DNA of 50,805 nt from an uncultured Flavihumibacter sp. (GCA_964547405.1 CAZJNY010000001.1:1-50805); one strand, 5' to 3'. Numbered from the stretch's first letter, positions 28,301-38,008 are shown. Translations and numbers: made by a program. Notes: generated by a model from the letters alone, not told the origin.

Positions 28301-30571
28301 CATGGAATTATCCAGCCAGATTTCCTTTACCTCCATAAAATTCGACCCGTATATAAGTAGTTCAGCTCCATTAGGTGCAATCTTTGGGGCGAAGGAATCT
28401 ATTACGGGTGGAGGAATAAAAACAAATCCCTCAATTTCAGATTTGCCAAAGGGGTTAATAATTGAAACCAGTCCACTTGCACCTGTGTCAACTATTGCAT
28501 GAACCGTGTTATCATCAATAATGCGAAAAGAGCGGGCATTTATCCCGCCAAAGCGTACGGCGGTAGTTGTCTCCAGTTGTTGACCGGTAATGGTTACGGT
28601 TTCACCTGCTCCTGCAAGGGCAGGCGAATACATGTTTATAATTGGGCGCGGATGGTATACAAATCCAGGTTTACTCGTGCTTCCATATTCTGTGGAAATT
28701 GTCAATGCGCCCGTGGAGCCTATACCTGTATAAGCATGTAGCGTTCCCGGATCCGTTTCGTCAATAAAATAATTACTTGCTGGTGTTCCTCCAAACAAAA
28801 CTTCACGGACATTTTCAAAATTATAGCCTTTGATAATAACATGCGTGTTTGATTCAAAGGCAGTATCCGGTGAAAAGGAGTTGATAACAGGAGGGCCCTG
28901 AAAAATAAACCCACTTATTGAATCTGATCCTGCTGGCGAACTCAACCTTATTTGACCTGACGCACCTGATCCAACTTTGGCGTTGATGCTGGTTGTTCCG
29001 GCAGTAGTGAACTGAGCTGCAGGTATTCCCCCAAAACTTAAGCTGGACACAGACCCTAAGTTTTTTCCTGTTATTGTTACGGATCCGCCAGGGGGTGCTG
29101 TTGCTGGACTAAAGGTTCTGATAAATGGCAAACCTGATTGATTCTGAAAAACTTCGATCTTGTCAGACGAGAAATAACAACTTACTACTTCCGGTTTTCC
29201 ATCATGGTTTAAATCTCCCAATCGTACAACGTAGGGTGATCTGGCTGTTTGCCTTCCAGCCTCTTCAAAATTTATAGCTGAACTGCCGATGTTTTCAAAT
29301 AGTATAAGTTTATCATTGCCAGTGGAACCAAGGATAATATCCGGTTTGCCGTCACCATTAATGTCGCCAGTTACGGTTGAATAGGCAGTTCCATTCCCTG
29401 CTGGAAAGCTTATTTCCTCATCAAAATTTAAATTCCCTAAAACTGACTTATTTCTGAAAATTCTAAGAGAATTTTGGTTATTGGAATGAACAATAACTGC
29501 TACATCCAGGAGTCCATCCTGGTTAAAGTCAGCAATACTGGGACCAAAGGATACTTCACCAGCATTCAATCGGATGGGATTCGATTGCTGAAAATTCAGC
29601 GTTCCTGCAGTTCCCGTGTTTCGGTAAAGAACTATTTCGGGTCTTTCCTGGCTTGTTACAAGTAAATCAATGCGTTCATCCCCATCAAAATCAGCTGCCG
29701 CAATATTTACTGGTAAAAATAAGGATGGTAAATCTTTTTTGGGTGCAAACTGAATAATACCAGGTCCGGTACTCGTATTCCTGAATAAAGAAATGGTGCC
29801 CTCCCAATTATTTATTGCTGCAATATCCGTAAAACCATCCCCGTCAAAATCACCCGTAACAATTTTGTAGACACTTCCGGATGCAGGCAACTCTATGAAG
29901 AAGCTGAATTTTATATCTCCCGGTTGACTGGTATTTCTTCTTACCAATAATTTGCCTTGCACAATAACGGAATTAACTAGATCTGTCTTCCCATCATTGT
30001 CAAAATCTGCGGCTGCCAGGGCATAAGACATAGACCAGCTTCCCAGGGTTTGAACGGGATAAAAATCGGGCGAACCGCTTGATTGAGCATTCCTAAATAC
30101 AGAAAGACTACCAAAAGAAGAGCCATCACTATAATTATTGGCCGTTGCTATATCCGACCACCCATCCCCATCCAGATCAACTACCACCAGATCATTTGGC
30201 AATGCATCCGTTTCGTACGCCTTGAATGGAAGCAATGTTTTATCAGACAAGTTTCCCCCTCCGGAAAAAACAGGTTGAAAACTCATTGTTGATACCGCGA
30301 TTTTACCTCCAACGATAATCGAAAGCGGACTAAAGGATACTCCTGTCGGAACCGATACGGTTAGTTGTGTACTGGTGGCTGTTAAAACTGTAGCTTTAAT
30401 AGTTCCAAAAAAAACCTGGTTTTGATTGGCGGCTGCGCTAAATCCAGTTCCTGAAATGGTAATAGTGGTTCCTGCAGATCCGGTGACAGGTGAAAAGCCC
30501 TGTATAGAAGGTTGTGCAAATAGAGCAACCGACAGGGAGGCAAAAACTAACACCAGCAGCAACCCTCGCAT
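25325..30571 (-). CDS. Large T9SS-secreted protein with IPT/TIG domains and FG-GAP/VCBS repeats
   Basis: Signal peptide, many P.I..FSP....G..V.I.G.NF IPT repeats, two clusters of D.DGDG..D repeats and a C-terminal VYPNP...SGIY sorting domain. Confidence 0.9.
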   Translation of the reverse strand: MRGLLLVLVFASLSVALFAQPSIQGFSPVTGSAGTTITISGTGFSAAANQNQVFFGTIKATVLTATSTQLTVSVPTGVSFSPLSIIVGGKIAVSTMSFQPVFSGGGNLSDKTLLPFKAYETDALPNDLVVVDLDGDGWSDIATANNYSDGSSFGSLSVFRNAQSSGSPDFYPVQTLGSWSMSYALAAADFDNDGKTDLVNSVIVQGKLLVRRNTSQPGDIKFSFFIELPASGSVYKIVTGDFDGDGFTDIAAINNWEGTISLFRNTSTGPGIIQFAPKKDLPSLFLPVNIAAADFDGDERIDLLVTSQERPEIVLYRNTGTAGTLNFQQSNPIRLNAGEVSFGPSIADFNQDGLLDVAVIVHSNNQNSLRIFRNKSVLGNLNFDEEISFPAGNGTAYSTVTGDINGDGKPDIILGSTGNDKLILFENIGSSAINFEEAGRQTARSPYVVRLGDLNHDGKPEVVSCYFSSDKIEVFQNQSGLPFIRTFSPATAPPGGSVTITGKNLGSVSSLSFGGIPAAQFTTAGTTSINAKVGSGASGQIRLSSPAGSDSISGFIFQGPPVINSFSPDTAFESNTHVIIKGYNFENVREVLFGGTPASNYFIDETDPGTLHAYTGIGSTGALTISTEYGSTSKPGFVYHPRPIINMYSPALAGAGETVTITGQQLETTTAVRFGGINARSFRIIDDNTVHAIVDTGASGLVSIINPFGKSEIEGFVFIPPPVIDSFAPKIAPNGAELLIYGSNFMEVKEIWLDNSMQHNFTLVNQHLIKVTVQNGLSGPVKVVTRGGVAEKNGFTYLDIPSVTGIIPSYGGTGTEVLIVGSQFTPETQVRFGGQVPMRITVLNSDTIKAVVGDGASGVVSVTTIAGEAIGFFRFTSIPTIHTVSPLQGPAGTVIKIKGSNFDTIAANNLVRFGSIPGKVISAAEKQLEVEVPAGIAQDQISVTNTISRKSAFSDFRFTLTFGSGQYEFSDSSFTDIIKIQLDNRPNGIKHADLNGDGLIDLIIWYDNLLYYSIFLNESENGIFRLSQRIDHPTPFELLYLDVEDLDSDGLSDIIISYELNSNGAPSSYGWIRNRTVDPQNLRFEPVLHFSNHYRFKQGYLKAVDVTGDGLLDVVGLCTNCQEPSDAGLFVAVNTSQNGEFTWDPAYYAPFGNVYGLPTAFTVTDLDKTGMPDILVGFWLSSALVGFSSSSGLSCFYSEHSFSGYQGYDVRFPQAASLLTQDQKEILAGPHIMKLIGRQMRIIGSSSSDIKYVQDLTGDGKPDLIGESRNNGAITLMKNNSSNGNLSLGDPYTYSFYGKSLVSADLDKDARPEIIFTDQNENQLRILRNQMGLARPVVPDIQGFTPDSGFQKQIITIRGRNLLKVTEVTVGGLLVSHFKILSDSVIEATLANGNSGFVKVKNKSGSDSIGKFTFIPYPKPEMYSFLPTAASTKDTIVIRGKNFWGTNAVTLGGVPAFSFFVLNDSTLLARPANGENGFVSVFTATGSDSLPGFRHLDKPRIDSFTPTSGPSGTWVTIKGKYLQELISASFWNFGADSMLLDSDTSIRIKASFGQDGKIVLQNKYGYGISYMDFTFTKVPRIWDFTPKRGKKGDFIVITGENFHNLDNVRFGNKAADVFTVNSFNQVTARLGDGGSGAVSVFNVDGTDSLAGFIYDAITSSGNLQVDPNKELVVYPNPAQFFVTVTHPKSPNLTQLLLTDEAGKILKQIPIERMQQKLRIELAGYASGIYHLIWKDNEKSLIRSIRILR

Positions 30572-30688
30572 AAAATGGTATTTAAATACCAGTTAAAATA
30601 CTTTTATTAGTTTGATTTTACAAATGGGATGAAGTCTTTATATAAACCGGTTTTGAAATACCCCGTGCTCCTGGATTTTTCTGCCCCC

Positions 30689-31054
30689 TTAACTGATTGG
30701 TGAAAATCCACCTAATGGCGACACCTCTCTTACGTCCTTTCTGTAAACGGAAGGAGGAACTCCGAACTGGCGGGCAAACTGCGTACGGAAATATTTGATG
30801 CTGGAAATACCCACCTGCCAGGCGGTCTGATTAACATTGAAATCGGTATGTGCCAGTAGCTCCGCGGCCCGGTGCAATCGAACCCGGCGAATAAAACCAT
30901 TGACCGACAAACCTGATACGGCTTTAATTCGCTTATATAATCCCGAATGGCTCACCCCAACCTGCATCGCCAGTAATTTTACATTAAACTGCTCATCATC
31001 CAGGTGTTCTTCAATCACCTGCACACATTTTTTCACTAATTCACGTTCATCCAT
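30689..31054 (-). CDS. Stand-alone AraC-type HTH protein resembling the C-terminal DNA-binding domain of hybrid two-component systems
   Basis: IEEHLDDEQFNV..LA..VGVSHSGLYKRIK.VSG.SVNGFIR.VRL.RAAELL and VG.SSIKYFR.QF..QFG.PPS.Y. Confidence 0.85.
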   Translation of the reverse strand: MDERELVKKCVQVIEEHLDDEQFNVKLLAMQVGVSHSGLYKRIKAVSGLSVNGFIRRVRLHRAAELLAHTDFNVNQTAWQVGISSIKYFRTQFARQFGVPPSVYRKDVREVSPLGGFSPIS

Positions 31055-31059
31055 ATCGA

Positions 31060-32940
31060 CTATTTTTTTGCATTAATTTTTACCGGAAGTATCCCTTTAT
31101 GTGTTGGCTTCACAGGAAGGATTCTTCCTGCACTATCAAACGTTAATGAATCAATACAAACCTCCCTGTTATACCCGGCCGATTCTCCCATTGTTATACC
31201 CCTGGGATAATTAAACCGATGGTAAACAATATACCATTCATCTTTACCTGGTAGCCGGATCACCGAATTATGACCGGTGCCATAAATTCCGGCCACGGTA
31301 TCTTTCTGTAACACGATATTATTGGATGGCACCTGAATTCCACCCAATGGTGAGGATGCTGTTCCGTATCGCACCCGATAGTTCGGACTGCGGGTATCAT
31401 CCTCCGACCACATGAAATAATAGCGGCCTGCCCTGTAAAAGACATGTGCTCCCTCTCTGAAACTGGCATCAGGAGTCAACACCTTAATCGTTTCCGTTTT
31501 CAGGCTCGTCATATCCTCATTTAATTCTGCGCCCGCCAGGTATCCATTTCCCCAGAACAGGTAAGCTCGGCCGGTTTGCGGATCTGTAAACACATCCGGA
31601 TCGATCTGCTGGCCTCCTGTTACCCCGGGAGGAAATGCATCAATCAACGGATGCCCCAAATCTTTAAATGGTCCGGCCGGATGATCTGCCACAGCTACCC
31701 CTATTTTCTGTGCAGCAGTGAAATAGAAAAAGTATTTATACTCCCCGTTTATTTTTTTCTCTAGTATCGAAGGTGCCCAGGCATTGCGGTTCGCCCAACT
31801 AACCTGAGAAGGTAAATCCAGTATCACCGCCTCCTCTTTCCAATTCACCAGATCAACAGAGGAAAAGGTTTTGAAGGAAGTACCTGACCAATTCGTATAT
31901 CCGTCACTGGTAGGATACATGTAAAACTTCTGATACTTTTCAGAAAACAGTATGGATGGATCAGCATAATATCCGGTCAATACCGGATTATTCGTGCCCC
32001 ATTTTGCCTCCAGTCGTAAATATTCCGATTCATTTATCGGCATCACTGTTCCATGCCTTGGATGAAAAGGAAGTGAAACCGAATCGTCAATTACACTGAA
32101 ATTCTTCAGATCTCCTGATTTCGTAAACTGGTATCGGCCCTTGGTATACACATCGTACATAAGGATCCATTCGCCTGAGTTTTTCAATTGAAATATACCC
32201 GATCCTTCAACCGGATCCGTTGTCTGATGCAGGTATCGGTCTTCCAGCACATATCCTTTTGTCAATTGCCCCGATACTGCTTTTTTAATGCCGGCGCCTT
32301 TGCCTTCCGTTTTAAAAAACAAATGAAACCGGCCATCTTTCTCAACTATATCACCATCTATACAGGCATCCCCGGAAGGATGATAAAACAATTGTTCAGG
32401 CTTTGTTGCCAGATCGGTAAAGTCTGCATTCGCATAGGAATAGTAAATAATATCCGGTCCCGCTCCATGTTTCATTGAAAAATAAATGAGGAATCGGCGC
32501 GATTTCTTATCATAAATCGTCTGAGGTGCCCAAACACGCAATAAACTATCATTTCCGGCAAACCGTTGCTGAATATTTACTACTGAAGATGTCCAGTTAA
32601 TCAGATCTGTTGATTTAAGTAAGACCATGGCCCGGTTACTATTCCAGCCATTTGCTGAAACCATATCCGTTGCTACCATATAAAAGGTCCTGCCATCGGG
32701 CCCGCGCAGTATATGCGGATCACGGACTCCTCCTGTTGAACTAATTTTTTCACTGGATATAACCGGTTCATTCGCATTCAATGCGCGATACCTGTACCCA
32801 TCCCTGCTTAACGCAAAACGAATCGATTCTTCGCCCTTTCCGTTTCCTGTAAAATAGGTAAACAGGTATCCTCCCGATTGGGCCAGCAATCCATGCGGCA
32901 GAAGCAACCAGGTAGCAAGAAGTATTTTGTACCATTTCAT
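31060..32940 (-). CDS. Two-domain GH43 glycoside hydrolase (arabinofuranosidase/galactofuranosidase-like)
   Basis: Domain 1: YLFTYF, GGVRDPHI, WAPQ, IDGDI, VEGS, RHGTV. Domain 2: NPVLTGYYADP, WAPS, IDPDVF, FREG, GTGHNSV. Confidence 0.9.
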   Translation of the reverse strand: MKWYKILLATWLLLPHGLLAQSGGYLFTYFTGNGKGEESIRFALSRDGYRYRALNANEPVISSEKISSTGGVRDPHILRGPDGRTFYMVATDMVSANGWNSNRAMVLLKSTDLINWTSSVVNIQQRFAGNDSLLRVWAPQTIYDKKSRRFLIYFSMKHGAGPDIIYYSYANADFTDLATKPEQLFYHPSGDACIDGDIVEKDGRFHLFFKTEGKGAGIKKAVSGQLTKGYVLEDRYLHQTTDPVEGSGIFQLKNSGEWILMYDVYTKGRYQFTKSGDLKNFSVIDDSVSLPFHPRHGTVMPINESEYLRLEAKWGTNNPVLTGYYADPSILFSEKYQKFYMYPTSDGYTNWSGTSFKTFSSVDLVNWKEEAVILDLPSQVSWANRNAWAPSILEKKINGEYKYFFYFTAAQKIGVAVADHPAGPFKDLGHPLIDAFPPGVTGGQQIDPDVFTDPQTGRAYLFWGNGYLAGAELNEDMTSLKTETIKVLTPDASFREGAHVFYRAGRYYFMWSEDDTRSPNYRVRYGTASSPLGGIQVPSNNIVLQKDTVAGIYGTGHNSVIRLPGKDEWYIVYHRFNYPRGITMGESAGYNREVCIDSLTFDSAGRILPVKPTHKGILPVKINAKK

Positions 32941-32957
32941 ATGCTGAATTTAAGAAT

Positions 32958-32983
32958 AACCGGAAAGTAGACACTTCCCGGTT
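32958..32983 (-). terminator. Stem-loop between susD and the GH43 gene (weak terminator or stabiliser)
   Basis: AACCGGAAAGT-AGAC-ACTTCCCGGTT forms an 11-bp stem with one G-U pair on the minus strand. The U-tract is poor. Confidence 0.55.
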
Positions 32984-33008
32984 TTATGACTGCTTAGTAA
33001 AGAAAAAC

Positions 33009-34628
33009 TCAATAGCCTGTATTCTGCTCCAATACCGCATCTTTATTCAGATTGATTTCAGCCTGTGGAATCGGTAGGAGTAAATGTTTGTCCTCTATAC
33101 CGATCAATTGATTAATCGGGCTCACGGAATTTAACCTGCGCGTTCTTTCCACCAGGGTTTTAGTACGCATCAACGTCATTCTTCGGTTTTCTTCGCCCAC
33201 CAGTTCACGCACCCGCTCATCTAAAATAAAATCAAGATCAACATCTGCAGCCGTGATAGCAGAAGCATTCGACCTTCCACGTAATACATTCAAGGTAGTT
33301 GCTGCATCTTCCAGCTTTCCCTGTTTGAATTGTGCTTCTGCTTTTAAAAGATAGGTTTCACCCAATCTCATCAGGATGATATCCTTTATCATCGCAAATC
33401 CAAACTCATCCTTAGGGTCAAACTGAAACCACTTGGTGGTATGCGGAGCTACCCGGAATATGGTATCAAATCCTGCATATGGCACCGGTTGTCCGAAAGT
33501 AGCCGGACGTGCAGGATCATTGTACGTATATCTTCTGCGGAAATTATAGGATGAATTCCGCATGTCCTGCTCTTCATACAAATTATAAACGACCCAATCA
33601 TTCAGGCGTAAACGAGCCAATCCACGGCCACCCAGAGAATCAGCCAGTTTCATGCCCGTTATCTGATAATAGGCGGCGGTCCATACCCGGCGATGTTGTG
33701 GACTATTGGTTATACCACCAATAACTGATGCCGGATGTTCCATTTCAAGTGTCCAAAGCACTTCCCGGTTTTGCTGTGCCCTACGTTGCTTGCCATAAAT
33801 AAACATATCAGAAAATGCATCACCCGGCATCGTGGTGCTTCCGAAACGTGCTGTATTCAATGAAAAGAATCCGCTGCTGATAACTGCTTCTGCCTGTTGT
33901 TCTGCCAGGTCATTTTTATCCATTCGCAGATAGGCTTCTGAAAGCAGGTGCATGGCCATGTATTTATGTGCTCTGCCTGCCGGCTTACCTGCAGCATTGG
34001 TAGTAGCTCCCAGTCCGCCCGGATTCGGCAGATTGGTTCCTGCATATTTAAGATCCGCTTCAATTAATGCATTCACTTCATCCAATGGAGCACGGGTAAA
34101 ATCTGTTTTTGGGGCGGTAAGTGGCTCCGTTACCAGGGGAACCCGACCAAAGCAGGTAGCCAGCACATTGTATGCATAGGCTCTGAAAAATCGTGCTTCA
34201 CCATTTATGAACCCTTTACTCTCTTCAGAAATACCTGACAGCGCCGGATCTTCAATATTCTTGATGATAATATTGGCATTATTGATCATGCGGTAGGCCC
34301 AGCTCCAGGTAAAGGAGGCGGCTGCATCGGTTGATACCAGTAATGGATAGTTGTAGTAAGGAACTTCAATTCCTTCCTGTTGTGCAGCATAGGCAATATC
34401 GGTTCCTATTTGCCATACGTTCAGCCAGCCCTGCCGATCGGAGGTGGTATGAAACTGGCTGAAATGATTATATAATCCGGCCAGTGATGCCTCGAATCCC
34501 AATGCATCTTTCAGGGTTGTTGGCGCGTAGGATGAATACACTTTTTCATCGAGAAAACTTTTGCTGCAGGATGCCATCAGTAAAATTCCTATAAACCCCG
34601 GCAACAATATGGTTGATAATTTTTTCAT
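33009..34628 (-). CDS. susD: RagB/SusD-family lipoprotein
   Basis: Lipobox MASC-SKSFLDE, GEARFFRAYAY..L...FG.VPL, RLGETYLL.AEA, ILDERVRELVGE and LLPIPQ.EI..N....QN.GY. Confidence 0.93.
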   Translation of the reverse strand: MKKLSTILLPGFIGILLMASCSKSFLDEKVYSSYAPTTLKDALGFEASLAGLYNHFSQFHTTSDRQGWLNVWQIGTDIAYAAQQEGIEVPYYNYPLLVSTDAAASFTWSWAYRMINNANIIIKNIEDPALSGISEESKGFINGEARFFRAYAYNVLATCFGRVPLVTEPLTAPKTDFTRAPLDEVNALIEADLKYAGTNLPNPGGLGATTNAAGKPAGRAHKYMAMHLLSEAYLRMDKNDLAEQQAEAVISSGFFSLNTARFGSTTMPGDAFSDMFIYGKQRRAQQNREVLWTLEMEHPASVIGGITNSPQHRRVWTAAYYQITGMKLADSLGGRGLARLRLNDWVVYNLYEEQDMRNSSYNFRRRYTYNDPARPATFGQPVPYAGFDTIFRVAPHTTKWFQFDPKDEFGFAMIKDIILMRLGETYLLKAEAQFKQGKLEDAATTLNVLRGRSNASAITAADVDLDFILDERVRELVGEENRRMTLMRTKTLVERTRRLNSVSPINQLIGIEDKHLLLPIPQAEINLNKDAVLEQNTGY

Positions 34629-34646
34629 GACACTGATTTTTGAACA

Positions 34647-37600
34647 TTAACGAAGGGAGATATTAGCTCCGAATACAAATGACCGAACCGGAGGATAGTT
34701 ATTCACCCAGTCTCCAGAGCCACGGAAGGTGAAATCCTGTTCCGGATCCCATCCCTGCCAGGAAGTAAACGTGTGCAGGTTTCTTCCGCTTGCATAGAGT
34801 GTCAATCCGGCTAAACGGATTTTACTCAACACTTTTTCCGGCATGGTATAACTCAATGTAACATCCTTAATGCGGGTATAACTTGCATCCTTGGGGTATC
34901 CATAACCACGATTGGCTGCAATTGCGCCGGCATTCAGTGAAGGCCGGTCATTAATTGGATTGGCAGGTGTCCAGTAATCCACTTCCCTTGGAATATTGAT
35001 CCGATGTGCTTCATCCGCAAATGTCAGGTTAACATTATTGCGCAACCCTCCCTGTGATGTCTGAATAAAAATATTCAGGTGGAAATTTTTGTAATGAAAG
35101 GTATTGGTTAAACCACCGGTCCATTTAGGCAACCTTGAGCCTAATACACTTCGATCATTTGCGTCGATTTTTTTATCACCGTTTATATCCCGGAATTTAA
35201 GGTATCCTGGCTTGGCCGACGGATCCACACCGGCGGGATCCTCTCCTTCCTGCCAAACCCCGTCCAGCGTATAGTCGAAGATCACGCGAAGCGGTTCACC
35301 AATAAACCAGCCATTTCCAATATCACTGATTTCTTTTCCGTTCTCATCCAGGTTTCCGTAAAGGCTTACGATTTCATTCCGATAAGATGCAAAATTGATG
35401 GAAGATTCCCAGCGAAAATCAGCAGACTGGATGTTTACGGTGTTCAACATAAGTTCAATACCGGTATTTTTTGTTTTACCCAGGTTGTCAAGAATATTTC
35501 CATACCCGGTAATAATCGGAATATTTCTTCTTAGCAGAATATCGGTTGTATTGGTATTAAATACATCGATGCTACCATTGATCCGGCTTTTGAGGATAGA
35601 GAAATCCAGTCCAAGGTTCAGGCCTTTTGTTTCTTCCCAATGCAGATTCGCATTACCCAGATTACTGGCCAATACACCAATCGTACTCACTCCGTTGAAT
35701 GGGAAGCGATTGGTTCCTGCAGTTGTTACCGTACCATTAATATTGATGGCTTCATTACCGGTTTTACCATAAGAAGCCCGCAATTTCAAACTATTAACCA
35801 GGCTCACACCCGACATGAATTGCTCATTGTGAATATTCCATCCCACAGCCATGGAAGGAAAGAGTCCGTATTTGGAGGTATTTGCACCAAATACAGAGGA
35901 TCCATCTCGTCTGGCCGTTAACGTTAGCAGGTAACGGCTGTCATAGGAGTAGTTAATCCGACCCATCTGGGATAGATTGGATTTTCCATCCTGAAAGGAA
36001 CCGGCCGTTTGTGTAGCTCCAGCACCCAGGTTGTAAAAAGAAAGCTGATCATTGATAAATCCTGTTGCAGAAGAACTGTTGGAGTAATACAATTTTTCCT
36101 GCGCACTATATAAGGCGGTCAGGTCCAAATGATGCTGCTCCCAATCGCGTGAATAAGACAGAATATTTTCAATAATCCAGTACTTGGATTCCGAGTTAAA
36201 TGAATTTGCCGTACCCAATTGGTTATTGATACTTCTTCCTTCATACCCTCCTGTACGGGATGTATTGTAGGTATAGGATGCATTGATCCGGTATTTTAAT
36301 CCTTTTACAAAACCAGGTGTAATTTCCGCATAAGCATTTCCGGTAAGGTTATTATTTCGTTCGATACGATCTGTTGTTGTTCCCAATAATGGATTCAGAT
36401 AGAGCAATTCCGGACTCATGGGAAAAAGCGTATACTGGCCATTTGCGTCAAATAATTGGCCATACGGACTCATATTCGTTGCCAGGTAAAAATTTGCTCT
36501 TCCTCCATCCGTATTGTTGTTGTTAAAAAAGAAAGAGGTTCCTGCCGTTAACCAGTCGGTAATCCGTACATCCAGGTTGGAACGCAGGTTGATCCGCTGG
36601 TACTGGTACCCAAGCACAGCACCTTTCTGTTTCAGGTATTCTCCGGAGATATAATATTTGGCATCCTTTGTTCCACCGGAAATACTCATATTATGATCAG
36701 TCAGTCGTCCGGTTTGAGTAACAGCATCAACCCAGTCGGTTGTTTTACCTGCATAGTAGTTATTCCGCTCGAAAAGATTCGGCAGAATGCTGGTATCACT
36801 TAATCCATTCTGAGCTCTGTAATCGGCCCATTTCTGAACATACCGCTCCGGGCTGCTTGGATTCAGCGTTTTGATAATATTTTCAACCCCGGTGTAGACA
36901 TTATAATTGATCATTGGTTTGCCAGTTGCACCCCGTTTGGTGGTTATCAGAATAACACCATTTGAACCTCTTACACCATAAATTGCCACAGCGGATGCAT
37001 CTTTCAATATTTCCATTGAAGCGATATCATTTGCATTGATATCATTGGTGCTTGCATCGGGTGCCAGCGGAATTCCATCCAGAACAATCAGGGGTGAGTT
37101 ATTGGCAGTGATGGAATTGATTCCCCTTACCTGTACAGTTGCTGTTCGTCCGGGTACCTGGGATGGAGTGCTTACATTTACTCCGGCCACAGTACCCTGA
37201 ATCGCCTGCATTACGTTGGTAACCGGAAGCTGTGAAAACCGGCTCTTTGGAACCGAAGCAACCGCACCGGTAATATCCGAACGCTTTTGTGTACCATATC
37301 CTACCACAATTACTTCATTCATTCTGGCAGAAGCTTCGTCTGTTTTAAGTGTGATATTGAGTTGTTCCTGTGTGCCCACTTCAACAGTCTGACTTGCAAA
37401 ACCAATGGAAGAGAAAGTGATTCTGGCATTTTCAGGTACGGTAATTTCATATTCCCCGTCTGCGTTGGTGGAAGTACCGGTTGCTTTACCTGATACGGTA
37501 ATACTGACGCCTGCGAGTGGAACCCCCTTCTCATCAGTTACTTTTCCTTTCAGACGAATATCCTGCTGGATCAGGTCAACGGGTGAAAGTACTACCAAAG

Positions 37601-37940
37601 ACTCGCCTACCAGCTTGTATTTCAAGCCTGTATTAAGTAAAATCTTCTCTAGTATCTCTTTTACCGGAGTGTCTTTTTCAGTCAATGAAAGAATATTACC
37701 TTCCGGTAGCATCCCTTCGCTGTAAAGAAACCTTAGATTTCCTTTTCGTTCCAGGATGTTCAATGTCTGTTTAAAGGAAGCATTTCGTACTTCAATACTC
37801 ACTTTGGTGTTCTGTGAGAACACGTTGGCTGAGACTTTCAGGCAGGCAAGGAACATAAAAATGAATGTCCATTTGCACATAAGCAATAGTGTTTTGGTAA
37901 AACCCGGGCAAGGCGGGTAACCGGTTAACGGTTTTTTCAT
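34647..37940 (-). CDS. susC: SusC/RagA TonB-dependent transducer with N-terminal STN signalling extension
   Basis: STN-like segment (LNILERKGNLRFLYS), VIVVGYGTQ, SPLIVLDG, DIASMEILKDASAVAIYGVRGSNGVILITTK and ARRDGSS.FG. Confidence 0.95.
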   Translation of the reverse strand: MKKPLTGYPPCPGFTKTLLLMCKWTFIFMFLACLKVSANVFSQNTKVSIEVRNASFKQTLNILERKGNLRFLYSEGMLPEGNILSLTEKDTPVKEILEKILLNTGLKYKLVGESLVVLSPVDLIQQDIRLKGKVTDEKGVPLAGVSITVSGKATGTSTNADGEYEITVPENARITFSSIGFASQTVEVGTQEQLNITLKTDEASARMNEVIVVGYGTQKRSDITGAVASVPKSRFSQLPVTNVMQAIQGTVAGVNVSTPSQVPGRTATVQVRGINSITANNSPLIVLDGIPLAPDASTNDINANDIASMEILKDASAVAIYGVRGSNGVILITTKRGATGKPMINYNVYTGVENIIKTLNPSSPERYVQKWADYRAQNGLSDTSILPNLFERNNYYAGKTTDWVDAVTQTGRLTDHNMSISGGTKDAKYYISGEYLKQKGAVLGYQYQRINLRSNLDVRITDWLTAGTSFFFNNNNTDGGRANFYLATNMSPYGQLFDANGQYTLFPMSPELLYLNPLLGTTTDRIERNNNLTGNAYAEITPGFVKGLKYRINASYTYNTSRTGGYEGRSINNQLGTANSFNSESKYWIIENILSYSRDWEQHHLDLTALYSAQEKLYYSNSSSATGFINDQLSFYNLGAGATQTAGSFQDGKSNLSQMGRINYSYDSRYLLTLTARRDGSSVFGANTSKYGLFPSMAVGWNIHNEQFMSGVSLVNSLKLRASYGKTGNEAININGTVTTAGTNRFPFNGVSTIGVLASNLGNANLHWEETKGLNLGLDFSILKSRINGSIDVFNTNTTDILLRRNIPIITGYGNILDNLGKTKNTGIELMLNTVNIQSADFRWESSINFASYRNEIVSLYGNLDENGKEISDIGNGWFIGEPLRVIFDYTLDGVWQEGEDPAGVDPSAKPGYLKFRDINGDKKIDANDRSVLGSRLPKWTGGLTNTFHYKNFHLNIFIQTSQGGLRNNVNLTFADEAHRINIPREVDYWTPANPINDRPSLNAGAIAANRGYGYPKDASYTRIKDVTLSYTMPEKVLSKIRLAGLTLYASGRNLHTFTSWQGWDPEQDFTFRGSGDWVNNYPPVRSFVFGANISLR

Positions 37941-38008
37941 AAATTCACGTCATTAGGTTAAACAATCTGGTTCATGCAGGCATGCCTGCGTTAATCGATT
38001 GAACTTCA

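Noticed and set aside
25325-30571. Repeats in the large gene as a possible CRISPR or DNA tandem array
   Set aside because: Repetition is only at the protein level (IPT, FG-GAP). No identical spaced nucleotide repeats and no cas genes.
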